A model generated the notes under the pieces. It was given only the letters and a program-made list of their open reading frames with translations, searched no databases and was not told the DNA's origin. Of a stretch of 64,000 nt of DNA, positions 32,492-42,100 are shown one piece after another (within the stretch, counting starts at the first letter, position 1; each line of letters opens with the position of its first letter). This stretch comes from Methanobacteriota archaeon (lineage in GTDB: Archaea > JAADCQ01 > Methanopyri > Methanopyrales > Methanopyraceae). Made by a program: the position numbers and the translations under genes. Location: positions 288,001 to 352,000 of the forward strand of contig JAMOPO010000015.1 of assembly GCA_027064425.1 (NCBI GenBank). The letters are read 5' to 3'.

Positions 32492-33466
32492 TTACACGAG
32501 GGGCTTGATCTCCACGAACGGCTTCTTCGTGAACAGCGGCGCGTTCGGCGGCACCGGCACGTAGCCCAGCGCCTCGGCGATCTTCTTGTTCACGTCCGGC
32601 TTCCGGACCCACTTGATCAGCGCGATCACCGTCTTCGGCGCGCTAGCCCGGTCGATGATCAGGTACTCGGCTCGCGTCAGCGGGTACTTCTTCGACTGGA
32701 TCGTCTGCTTGTTCGCCTCGATGCCGTTCACCTTCAGCGGCTTGACCACGCTCGGCACCTTCTTCTCCTTCTTGGCCTTCACGACGTACACGTAGTCCAC
32801 GTAGCCGATCGCGTACGGCGTCTTCTCCACCTTCTCTAGCACCTCCGAGTTGGAGCCGCACAGGATCGCGTCCTTCCGGTAGTCCTTGATGTTCAGGTAC
32901 TTGTCGAACGTCGCCCGCGTGCCCGAGCCCTTCGCTCGACCGATCACGATGATCTTCTTGTGCGGTAGACCCGGCTTGACTTGGTCCCAGTACTGGATCT
33001 TACCCTCGTAGATGGCCTTGAGCGTCTTCAGGTCGATGTTGTCCAGCTGGCCCAGCGTCTTACCGTTCACGATCGGCACGATGCCGGACATCACCACCGG
33101 GCACATCACCGGGTCGCTCAGCTGCTGCGCCTCCTCCGGCTTGATCGGCCGCGACGCCATCGCAATGTCGAACGAGCCGTCGATCAGTCCCTTGATACCC
33201 GCACCCGATCCACCGTCCGTGACCATCAGCTGCACCGGCTCGTTCGGCAGACCGCGCACGCCCACCTGGTCACCCAGCTGCTTCCACGTCATGCGCTGCT
33301 CCTCACCGAGCTTGCTGGCCACCTTCATCATGAACGGCATCAGGCTCGTTGAACCGCCGATCTTCAGCTGCGTTTTCACCTGGGATGCCGAGTAATAGTA
33401 CGCGACGCCGCCACCGATCGCCGCCACGATCGCGACCGCGATCGCGGCCAGTACGGGCTTCTTCAT
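32492..33466 (-). CDS. pstS: Phosphate ABC transporter substrate-binding protein
   Basis: N-terminal TM helix, GGSTS, GGSGAG, DIAMASR, R..GSGTR, AIGY, YPLTR. Confidence 0.92.
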   Translation of the reverse strand: MKKPVLAAIAVAIVAAIGGGVAYYYSASQVKTQLKIGGSTSLMPFMMKVASKLGEEQRMTWKQLGDQVGVRGLPNEPVQLMVTDGGSGAGIKGLIDGSFDIAMASRPIKPEEAQQLSDPVMCPVVMSGIVPIVNGKTLGQLDNIDLKTLKAIYEGKIQYWDQVKPGLPHKKIIVIGRAKGSGTRATFDKYLNIKDYRKDAILCGSNSEVLEKVEKTPYAIGYVDYVYVVKAKKEKKVPSVVKPLKVNGIEANKQTIQSKKYPLTRAEYLIIDRASAPKTVIALIKWVRKPDVNKKIAEALGYVPVPPNAPLFTKKPFVEIKPLV

Positions 33467-33560
33467 GCCCTAGCGACCCCCTCCGCCGCCCTCGCATCAG
33501 GCTTTATAAGAGTAGCGGAGCGGGACATCAGGTTCACAAAATGGGAAGTGGGGTTCCCGC

Positions 33561-34433
33561 TTGAAGCACTGCCGAGTCTGCGGGATCCCGGCCGACGTGG
33601 AGGGGGTGGAGCTCGACGAGGAGGGCGTCTGCCGGGCCTGCCGGAGCCAGCTGCCCCACCTGCCTGACCCGGGGGAGCTGCGCGAGCGCGTGATCGAGGA
33701 GCTGGAGTCCCACGACCGGGTCGCTGTGGCCGTCTCCGGCGGTCTCGACAGCCTGGCCGCGCTCGTCCTAGCCGCCCGCCACTGCCGCGAGGTGACGATG
33801 GTCACGGTCGACACCGGCGCCATCCACCCGGAGGCCTGGCGCCGCCTCCACCTCGCCCGCCGCCGGCTCGACGTGGAGTGGCGCGTGGTCGGGGACGTCG
33901 ACACCTTCCTCGAGCTCTTCGAGCGGCGGCTACCGAGGAATCAGTCGCCCTGCGGCCCCTGCTCTAAGATGATCGAGCGCCGGTGCGAGCGGGCCGCACG
34001 GGAGCTCGGCGTCGATGCCCTCGTGACCGGGCACGAGCTCCCGCACGGGACCGACCCGGTCGTCCCCAAGGACCCGCCCGTAATCCGCGCCATGTGCGGG
34101 CTGCCGGAGCGGGAGAGACGGGAGCTCGTCCGGGAGGAGCTCGGACTGAGCCCGAGGAAGCTGGCCGGCTACACGTCAAACTGCGTCGTGCTACCCTTCG
34201 CCCTCAAGCGCTTCCACGAGGAGCATGGGTACAGCTTCGAGGCGCCGCGGCTCGCCGCGATGGTGCGCATGGGCTACCTCAGCAAGCGGGAGATGTGGGA
34301 GCGGCTCGAGCCACCCGGAGAGGAGGAGCTAAGGGGACTGCTGGAGGAATGCCGGGGATGGATACCGAGGCGGTTGGAGCGGCTCCTGAGGGAGACGTTG
34401 AGTTCAGCGAGTGGGCCCGAAAGTGGGGAATGA
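33561..34433 (+). CDS. PP-loop (N-type) ATP pyrophosphatase with Cys clusters
   Basis: N-terminal CRVC/CRAC, SGGLDS, CGPC, TGHE, YTSNC. Confidence 0.8.
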   Translation: MKHCRVCGIPADVEGVELDEEGVCRACRSQLPHLPDPGELRERVIEELESHDRVAVAVSGGLDSLAALVLAARHCREVTMVTVDTGAIHPEAWRRLHLARRRLDVEWRVVGDVDTFLELFERRLPRNQSPCGPCSKMIERRCERAARELGVDALVTGHELPHGTDPVVPKDPPVIRAMCGLPERERRELVREELGLSPRKLAGYTSNCVVLPFALKRFHEEHGYSFEAPRLAAMVRMGYLSKREMWERLEPPGEEELRGLLEECRGWIPRRLERLLRETLSSASGPESGE

Positions 34434-35260
34434 CCAGTCTAAGGCGGCTCCTGAACCTGCTCAGAGAGCGGCTGGAGGGCGAGCGCGTCCACCTGATGCT
34501 CTCCGGCGGCCAGGACAGCGCCGTTGCGGCCCGCGTCCTCCAGCTCGCCGGGCTCAGGGTCTCCGCCGTGCACGTGACTCACCGCTGGACGTGGCCCACA
34601 CCCGGCCTGGAGGCGCGCCGAGTGGCCCGCCGGCTCGGCCTCAGGCTGCACGTCATCGACATCACGGACCGGCTGCTCGAGCGCCTCCCCGGGGCCAAGG
34701 GGAAGTCGGTGTGCAAGATCTGCAAGCGCGTGATGCTCGAGGCGGTGCTCGAGGAGCTGGGGCCCGAGGTGCTGGCCACGGGCGAGTGCGGGCTCGACAC
34801 GATCGCCGGGGCGGTCCTGGACCTCGCCCGCAGGACCGGCGAGGAGCCGGAGTTCGTCCAGGTGCCGAAGCGGTTCTTCGGGAACGATACGCGGGTTGTT
34901 AGACCGCTCATCCGGCTGCACGAGCGGGACGTGCTCCGGCTGGCCGAGGAGCTGGGAGTCCGGGTGCGTCGGGTGGGGGAGACCGGAGACCTCAGGCGCG
35001 GGCGGCGCGAGGGGTGCCCGCTGCAGCACCTGGATCCCGAGGTGACGATCACGGAAGGGTTGCTGGAGGAGGTTTGGCGGGTCAACCTCGCGGCCCTGCG
35101 CGCCGCCCGCGAGCTCGACCGGACGTTCGCGGTCAAGTGGCCCTCGTTCAGGCTCCTTCTGCCCGAATCCGGGGAGTGTGAGCGGAGGCTGGTGGCGGAG
35201 CGCGCCTGGGAGGAGGCGGTTCGGGCCGGGTTCTCGAGCCGCCTCGAGAAAAGCACTTAA
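34430..35260 (+). CDS. PP-loop ATPase (tRNA thiolase-like)
   Basis: SGGQDS, CKICK, RPL, GCPL; ATG overlaps upstream stop (ATGA). Confidence 0.75.
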   Translation: MTSLRRLLNLLRERLEGERVHLMLSGGQDSAVAARVLQLAGLRVSAVHVTHRWTWPTPGLEARRVARRLGLRLHVIDITDRLLERLPGAKGKSVCKICKRVMLEAVLEELGPEVLATGECGLDTIAGAVLDLARRTGEEPEFVQVPKRFFGNDTRVVRPLIRLHERDVLRLAEELGVRVRRVGETGDLRRGRREGCPLQHLDPEVTITEGLLEEVWRVNLAALRAARELDRTFAVKWPSFRLLLPESGECERRLVAERAWEEAVRAGFSSRLEKST

Positions 35261-35264
35261 TAGA

Positions 35265-35280
35265 GTTAGGTCGTCCTAAC
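35265..35280. promoter_or_regulatory. DtxR/IdeR-type box GTTAGG-N4-CCTAAC just 3' of a TATA-like TTAATA
   Basis: GTTAGG-tcgt-CCTAAC; same arms recur at 51563-51578. Confidence 0.65.
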
Positions 35281-35297
35281 GGCGGGGGTGAGGAGGA

Positions 35298-35702
35298 ATG
35301 GCCCGGTACCGGTACATCGGACCCTGTCGATGCGGGCTGGGTCCGCACGCGTTCTACGAGGACACGGAGACGGGAGAGATCAAGCACGCCTGGCAGATCC
35401 TGAGCGAGAGCGGGCTGCCGGTACCGGCGTGGCCCGGTGGTGGATGGGGACGTGGCTGGCGCGGAGGACCCGGCTGGGGAGGCGGCTGGTGGTGGGCGCT
35501 GGCCTCGGCGGACGAGGAGACGAGGAAGGAGATGATCGAGGCCATGCGGAAGGCCTTCGGCGAGGACCTCGCCAAGGCCATGGAGAGCTTCGTCGAGAGC
35601 TTGAAGTCATCGAGTGAAGTCTCGAAGGACGAGCTCAAGGAGCTGCGGGAGAAGCTCGAGGAGCTAGAGAAGAAGCTCAAGGAGCTGAGCGGGGAGGAGT
35701 AG
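35298..35702 (+). CDS. Hypothetical protein with CxC..H motif, Gly/Trp-rich segment and coiled coil
   Basis: Strong RBS GGTGAGGAGG; YIGPCRCGLGPHAFY. Confidence 0.7.
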   Translation: MARYRYIGPCRCGLGPHAFYEDTETGEIKHAWQILSESGLPVPAWPGGGWGRGWRGGPGWGGGWWWALASADEETRKEMIEAMRKAFGEDLAKAMESFVESLKSSSEVSKDELKELREKLEELEKKLKELSGEE

Positions 35703-35714
35703 GGGGAACCCGAC

Positions 35715-35960
35715 GTGCCCGCCGCCACCCGCAGCGGTGTGAAGGTCTTCCGGTGCTCGCGGTGCGGTGAGCTCATCGAGGTGCCCTACGGCGCCCCTAA
35801 GCCGACCAGCTGCCCCAACTGCGGCGCTCCGGCGGTCTTCATCCACCGCGTGAACCCGGGCCCGGGCACCTGGGGAGGTTACGCGGGCATCGGTCGCGGG
35901 ATGGGCCGCGGTGGACCGGGACGCGGTGGCCCCGGGCGCGGTCGCGGGGGTCCGCGGTAA
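35715..35960 (+). CDS. Small zinc-ribbon/rubredoxin-like protein with Gly-Arg tail
   Basis: CSRC...CPNC then GRG repeats. Confidence 0.7.
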   Translation: MPAATRSGVKVFRCSRCGELIEVPYGAPKPTSCPNCGAPAVFIHRVNPGPGTWGGYAGIGRGMGRGGPGRGGPGRGRGGPR

Positions 35961-36290
35961 GTGCGCGTGGCGGTGATGGTCGAGGGCGACGGCGTCTCGG
36001 CCCGGTTCGCCCGCGCCCCCGAGATCCGGGTGTACGAGGTCGAGGACGACGAGGTCGAGCTCGTGGAGGCCAAGGAGAACCCGGCGGCCGGTCTGCCCCG
36101 TGGGGCCGGCCGGCAGATCGTCGGCGTGCTCACCCAGCTTGACGTGGACGCGACGGTCGCCGGCCGGTACGGTCCCAACGCCCTCCAGGGGCTGAAGGCG
36201 CAGGGCATCAAGGCCTACATCGCCGAGCCCGGGACGGACCCGGAGGAGGCCGCACGCAAGGCGGCCCGAGGCGAGCTGCCCGAGGGATGA
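35961..36290 (+). CDS. NifB/NifX family (FeMo-co binding-like) protein
   Basis: SARFARAP, ENP, GAG, GPNA..LKAQGI. Confidence 0.88.
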   Translation: MRVAVMVEGDGVSARFARAPEIRVYEVEDDEVELVEAKENPAAGLPRGAGRQIVGVLTQLDVDATVAGRYGPNALQGLKAQGIKAYIAEPGTDPEEAARKAARGELPEG

Positions 36291-36293
36291 TCG

Positions 36294-37073
36294 TTGAGGC
36301 TGGCCGTGACCGGCGGCAAGGGCGGCGTGGGTAAAACCACGGTCGCCGCTCACGCGCACCGGATCCTGGGCTGGGACGCGGTGGACCTGGACGTCACCGC
36401 CCCAAACCTGCACCTGTACCTCGACTGCGAGGAGGTCGAGCGCCGCCGCGTCCACCTATTGGGTCCCAAGGTCGACCCGGACTCGTGCACGCTCTGCGGC
36501 GAGTGCGCCCGGGCCTGTCCCGCCGGCGCCCTGATCGTCGGCCGGTCCTGGGACTTCGACCCCGACCTGTGCCACGGGTGTGGCCTGTGCGTGAGGGTGT
36601 GTCCTCGCGGGGCTTTAGATTACGTGGAAATTGAAATCGGCGAGGTCAGGGAGTACCGGGTCCGAGACACCGGGTCCCGGCTCCGCTCCGGTCGACTGAA
36701 CGTAGGGGATCGCCGCTCCCGGCACCTGGTGAACCACCTGCTGGACCGGCTTGAAGGAGACGAGATACTCCTCGACACGCCCGCCGGAGCCGGTAAGGAG
36801 GTCTACGACGCCCTCCGAGCGGCCGACGCCGCGCTCGTCGTCACCCAGCCCACCCCGGCCGCGTACCGCGACCTCCGCCGCCTCCTCCGGGTCGTGCGGG
36901 CCGCGGACCTGCCGCACGTGGTCCTGATCAACATGGCCGACGTCTCCGAGCGTTGGACCGAGAGGATCGAGCGGGAGGTCGACGCTCCCACGCTGAGGGC
37001 GCCCCGCGTGGACGACCCGCTGGAGTCCGACGAGCTCCGAGACGCCGTCCGGGCCGCGCTCGACGAGCTGTGA
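36294..37073 (+). CDS. MinD-like P-loop ATPase with inserted 2x[4Fe-4S] domain
   Basis: [44 protein letters not shown]. Confidence 0.88.
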   Translation: MRLAVTGGKGGVGKTTVAAHAHRILGWDAVDLDVTAPNLHLYLDCEEVERRRVHLLGPKVDPDSCTLCGECARACPAGALIVGRSWDFDPDLCHGCGLCVRVCPRGALDYVEIEIGEVREYRVRDTGSRLRSGRLNVGDRRSRHLVNHLLDRLEGDEILLDTPAGAGKEVYDALRAADAALVVTQPTPAAYRDLRRLLRVVRAADLPHVVLINMADVSERWTERIEREVDAPTLRAPRVDDPLESDELRDAVRAALDEL

Positions 37074-37086
37074 GGGCGGGGCCGAG

Positions 37087-37845
37087 TTGAGGGTCGCCGT
37101 CCTGGGCGGGAAGGGTGGCGTCGGGAAGACGGTGATCTCCATCGCGCTCGCGCACGAGCTCGGTGCCGTCCTCGTGGACGCCGACGTCACCGAGCCCGAC
37201 ACGCCCGCCTACCTGGACCTTGAGCGGGAGCGGACCGTCACCGAGGTGAGGGCCCGGTACGCGGTCCGGACCGAGGACTGCGTCGGCTGCGAGCGGTGCC
37301 TGGAAGTTTGCCCGTGGAGGGCCCTCGACGATCCGGTCGCCTGCGACGGGTGCGGGGCGTGCGCGACCGCCTGCCCCGAGGACGCGATCGAGCTCCGCGA
37401 GACCGAGCTGGGTCGCGTCGTCGAGTCCCGGGAGCCTGAGTTGAACCTCCGCGTCGTGCACCCCGAAGTCGAGCCCTGGGCCCCGGAGCTCGCCAACATC
37501 GTCCACCAGATGATCCCGGAGGACGGGGACTGCGTGATCGACTGTCCGGCCGGCCTGGGGTGTCCCGTGATCGCGGCGCTCACTTCCGCCGACGCGGCGG
37601 TGCTCGTAACCACGCCTGAACCCGCCGCCCTTCACGATTACCGCCGCGCCCAGGCACTGGCCCGTAAGCTCGACCTGCCCACCGTCAGGGTGCTGAACAG
37701 GGCCGACTCCGACGACCGCGGCGGGTTCGACGTGGTCATCCCGGAGGACGAGCGGGTGCTGCGGGCGGTGCTGGACCGGGATCCTCGGGGGCTGGTCTCC
37801 GCGCTTCGAGAGCGCGTGCGTCGGATTGCAGCGCTGCTGCCTTGA
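37087..37845 (+). CDS. MinD-like P-loop ATPase with inserted 2x[4Fe-4S] domain (paralog)
   Basis: [34 protein letters not shown]. Confidence 0.88.
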   Translation: MRVAVLGGKGGVGKTVISIALAHELGAVLVDADVTEPDTPAYLDLERERTVTEVRARYAVRTEDCVGCERCLEVCPWRALDDPVACDGCGACATACPEDAIELRETELGRVVESREPELNLRVVHPEVEPWAPELANIVHQMIPEDGDCVIDCPAGLGCPVIAALTSADAAVLVTTPEPAALHDYRRAQALARKLDLPTVRVLNRADSDDRGGFDVVIPEDERVLRAVLDRDPRGLVSALRERVRRIAALLP

Positions 37846-37887
37846 CCCTCCCCCGTTTTCCACCGGATAAGCCGGCGGGTGAGCGCG

Positions 37888-37998
37888 ATGTCATCCTCCC
37901 GGCGCCGGAGTGAGCGGAGGCGGCGGCAGAGGCGGCGCCACCGCCCCTACGAGCCCTTCGAGGACGTCAAACACTACGACATCGCCGGCTGCAGCTAG
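37888..37998 (+). CDS. Putative 36-aa Arg-rich peptide
   Basis: GGGTGAG RBS then ATG; MSSSRRRSERRRRQRRRHRPYEPFEDVKHYDIAGCS fills the intergenic gap. Confidence 0.4.
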   Translation: MSSSRRRSERRRRQRRRHRPYEPFEDVKHYDIAGCS

Positions 37999-38013
37999 GC
38001 CCCTCTTCGCGGT

Positions 38014-39066
38014 CTAATCCCCCTCGACCTCCTGGATCACGCCCACCGCCGCCGGTTCGGTTCCCACGGTCAGCAGAAACCTATCTCCCGGCTCCGCCAC
38101 GACCTCCCGGTCCAGCCGGAGCCTCACCCGGGCCACGTTGTGCCCTTCCGCGTAGGGTCGGAGCGTGCCCGTGCCCGCGTCCGTCTCGATCTCTACGAAC
38201 CGCGCGTTCACGGCGGCCGAGAACACGTGCGCCTTCACCATACTCCCCGGTCGGAGCTTCGCCCCGATGGATAGGACCTCCGCCTCCAGCTCCTCGGTCG
38301 TCGTCAGGTCCTCGCCCAGGTGCATGCCCCGGGTCACCGAGACGTCCTCGTCCACTCTCAGTCTGGCCCGGAAGGGCACACCCGGCCGGGGCCTCGGATC
38401 GAGCTCCACTACCTCGGCCTCCTCACCGCCCGGATATACTCGCACGGTTTCGCCGAGGCGACCGCGGTCCAGCACGCAGAACGCGTCCACGAGCTCGTCC
38501 TCCACCCGCCGAGTCGACTCGATGGGGGCCCGGGGCGGGCCCTCAGGCTCGGGCCGCGGCGGCTCCTCGAGCCCGGCCAGCGCGTCCAGGAGCTCCTCCG
38601 CGCCCTCGCCCGTCTTCGCCGAGACGAGGATCGGTTCACACACGGCTTCCACGCCCAGTAGGTCGAGCAGCTCCGTAACCTCCTCGGCCACCTCCCGCGC
38701 ACGCTCACCGCTCACCAGGTCGATCTTGTTCACGACCGGGACGATCTCGGCCCCGTAAAACGAGACGATGAGCGCGTGGTCGATGGTGCCCGGGCACGGG
38801 CCCTCGTCGGCCGCCACCACCAGGATCGCGTAGTCCGCGCTCCAGGCGGAGGCCAGCATGTTACGGATGTAGTCCCGGTGCCCCGGCACGTCCACCAGCG
38901 AGACCGTCGTCCCCTCCAGCTCCAGGAAAGCCCGCGCCGGCTCGATGGTTACGCCCATCTCCCGCTCGTGCGGCAGCCGGTCCAGCCACTCCCCCGTGAG
39001 GGCCTTGATCAGCGTCGTCTTGCCGTGGTTGAAGTGCCCGCAGACGACCACGTTGACGACCGTCAT
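38014..39066 (-). CDS. SelB/EF-Tu/aIF2-gamma-like translational GTPase paralog lacking domain IV
   Basis: GHFNHGKT, REMGVTI, DVPGH, NKID, VSAKTGEG, two beta-barrel domains ending GDRFLL; about 350 aa. Confidence 0.8.
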   Translation of the reverse strand: MTVVNVVVCGHFNHGKTTLIKALTGEWLDRLPHEREMGVTIEPARAFLELEGTTVSLVDVPGHRDYIRNMLASAWSADYAILVVAADEGPCPGTIDHALIVSFYGAEIVPVVNKIDLVSGERAREVAEEVTELLDLLGVEAVCEPILVSAKTGEGAEELLDALAGLEEPPRPEPEGPPRAPIESTRRVEDELVDAFCVLDRGRLGETVRVYPGGEEAEVVELDPRPRPGVPFRARLRVDEDVSVTRGMHLGEDLTTTEELEAEVLSIGAKLRPGSMVKAHVFSAAVNARFVEIETDAGTGTLRPYAEGHNVARVRLRLDREVVAEPGDRFLLTVGTEPAAVGVIQEVEGD

Positions 39067-39106
39067 GATCCCGAGCCCGGACTCGGGACTCGGTCGGGGC
39101 GTATTG

Positions 39107-42100
39107 TTACCACCGGGGCCGCCCACCGACCGGCCCGGCGCGCCTCAGCCCCTGGGTGAAGAGCGCCGCGGTCCCGACCGCCGCGAGCAGGACCAGAACC
39201 AGCAGCCACCGCGGGAAGTAGGGGGCCGCCCCCGACGGGTGCTCCCTCGCGAGAACACGGGTGGCCCTGACACCGCGGTGGGCAGCCACACCCGCCCCCT
39301 TGGCACCCGTGGTTGCCGCGGCCGGGCCCCTAGCCGGAACCCCGGTCAGTGAGAGGCCGCCGGTCGCCCCTCGGGACTGTGCTTCGCGGGTCCAGGGCCG
39401 GGAGATCATGGCAGTCAGCCCGCTCGGTGGCCCTGAGAGTCCTCGGGCCGGACGGAGGAGGGTTGAGGTGACGGCGGGGGTCGCCGGCGCAGCCGTGGCG
39501 ACTTCGGTGACTTCCGGGGCGGCCCTCGGGGTGGCCACGGGGCCCGTCGTCGCGCTTGCGGTGACGTGGGTGAGAACCGCCGGGGTGACTGCCGGGCCGG
39601 CGACCGGAACTTCGAGTGCGGCATGGGTGCCGACGGTCGGGCCGAGAGTCGCTGGGGCGGGCGCGGGACCCGGTGCCCTGGCGGGCCCGGTGATGGTCGC
39701 TGGAGTCGCGGTTGCGAGGCTCACAGGCGTCGGGGCTCCGATCATCGGAACGGTCGCGAGGAGCTCGGCGGCGAGCCGTGCCACCGCTTGAACCTGGAAG
39801 GCGCAGAGCTCCGGGCAGCAGCAGGACGTAGCTAGGACCCAGGAGAGGACCTCTCGCGGGTACGTCACGCCGAGGTCCCGGGAGATCCTCACCAGGAAGA
39901 AGGCGGCCGAGGCCAAGGCGGCGGGTACGCTTCGGAGCCAGCCCGCGTGCTCCCTGACGACGGACCACACGGTCGGCAGGACGGCCCGGTAGGGCTCTCG
40001 TCCCGCGGCCACGTAGCCGAGGGTGGCGAACCGCTTGAGGGATCGGAGCAGGTAGAGCGCGCCCGAGACCCCGAACCGCCGGAGTCCCTCGATGAATCGC
40101 CGGTTGAGGAGGGTCCGCAGCAGGCTCTCGACGAGGTACGTCCGGGTGGCGACTAGCGGCCCGGTGACGCCGCGCTCGACCTGGGCGTGGAGTGTCCGGA
40201 GCTCGGTCGTGGCGCGCAGGAGGGCCCTCCTCCAGCCGACGAGGCGCGCGAGGCCGCCGGCGCTCTTGGCCAGGTTCCACCCGGGCTTGAAGGCGCCCAG
40301 GTCGAGCCTCGAGACGTCCAGGGTGAGCCGTCGGAGGGTCTCCGGTTTGAGCAGGTAGTCGAGGAGCGCGGCGATCGTGGCCTCTAGACCCACCGTGCAG
40401 CCGCAGCAGAACAAGTTCGAGTAATCGTCGTAGGAGTCGTAGACCTGCAGGGTTGTGTCCGAAGTGATCACGGCAAGAGCGAGCGCGAGCGGGCAGTGGA
40501 GGAAGGGTTGCCGGGTCCCGGTGAGTTCGGAGCGGGTGTACGGAAGGATGACGTAGGACAGGCTGGCGAGCGCGCGTAGCCCCAGCCACTCGAGACTCTC
40601 CCGGTCGTACAGCCCCGCCTCAAGCATGGGGAGAATGGGGGCCGTGAGGTCCCCCGGGCACTGGGTGAAGGCACCGACCGCGGCGAGCACCGGGGCGTTC
40701 TCGCCCGTGAGCTCGCCCAGGAGCCAGCGCGGGAGGCCGGCCCGCAGGGCCTCGCGTAGGGCCAGGTACGACACGGCCCAGTTCAGGAACGGGGCGTTGC
40801 GGGAGGGCGGGATCCAGAGGCCGGTTCCCAGTGCTACGGACCAGAGGAGCTCGGCCAGGTTCCAGCCGACGAGGTCTCGCAGCCCCACGACCACGTAGTC
40901 GTTCAGCCGCTTGAGACCCTCCCACAGCTCCCGCAGCGTGCCCACCGGGTCGGCCCGCAGCCGCTCCCGGACCCGGGTGAGCAGGGCTCGGAGGAGCTGC
41001 GGAACCAGCCCGCGCTCGCGGAGGCGGGAGAGCGCTCGGTTGATCCACTCCTCGAGCGTCCGAAGCAGGTCCTGGAGCGCCGTGGACCGGTCGGTCCCGT
41101 GCGGGCGGGCGGTGGGCAGCAGGTACGACCGCTCACCCAGGGCGTAGGCGATCCACGGCTCCGCCGAGATCACGTCGAGCATTCGGCACAGGTTGATCAG
41201 CGATAGCGCGGATGGACTGATCCCCTGGAACGTGGCCCCGGAGACGACGAGGAGCACGTCGCACCTGACCCGGGGCTCGCGGAGCACGGTCACGGCCAGC
41301 ACCCTGGCGACCTTGACGTCGAAGGCCAGCTCGCCGACGACCACGGCGCGCCGACCCGGAGTCAGCCGGATGGGGTACCGGAACCGAACCGTGACTCGGG
41401 CCCTCGGGTCGCGCTCGGAGCGGAGCACGACGGTCCGGTCGTCCACCACGCGGTCCACGACGCCGGCGACGCAGGCGCTGGTGCCGCCGCACACGGTCGG
41501 CATCGCGACGAGGTCGGCCACGTCCACCACGTCCTCCTCACTGTAGTAAACGACCAGGTCAGCGCACAGCAGGCGCACGTTCTCCACCCGGATGGCTGGA
41601 ACTCCGAGCACCGTGACCTCGCTCCCGAGCGGGACGGAGACCCCCTCGGGGAGGATCACCTCCACCCGGGCCGTCCCGTCGTCCAGGATGGCCACGGTGC
41701 CCTCCGGTCCCGGGCGCAGCTCGGTGACCCGGCCGCGCAGCAGGAGGACCTGCACCGGGACGTTGATGTGCCGAACGTGGATCAGCGGTAGCTCCCAGGG
41801 CAGCACGCCGATGACCTCGCCGGTGAGGTTGGTCCCGTAGGAGGCCCGGCCCGTGGTGGTCGGCACGTAGCTGCGGAACGAGGTCTTGACCGGGATGTAC
41901 CCGAGCAGCTCCAGCGCCAGCGCGTACTGCAGACCTCCCGTCGCCAGGTCCGTCGGGCCCATGACCGTGACCACCCGCTTTGACGTCCGGCGGAGCTCCA
42001 GGGCCAGCGTGGCCGCGGCCGAGACCGCCAGCTCGTCCGGAAACCGGCGCACGTCGTATCCGCACGCGTTCCGGCCGGTCGGGGCGACGTCCAGGTACCG

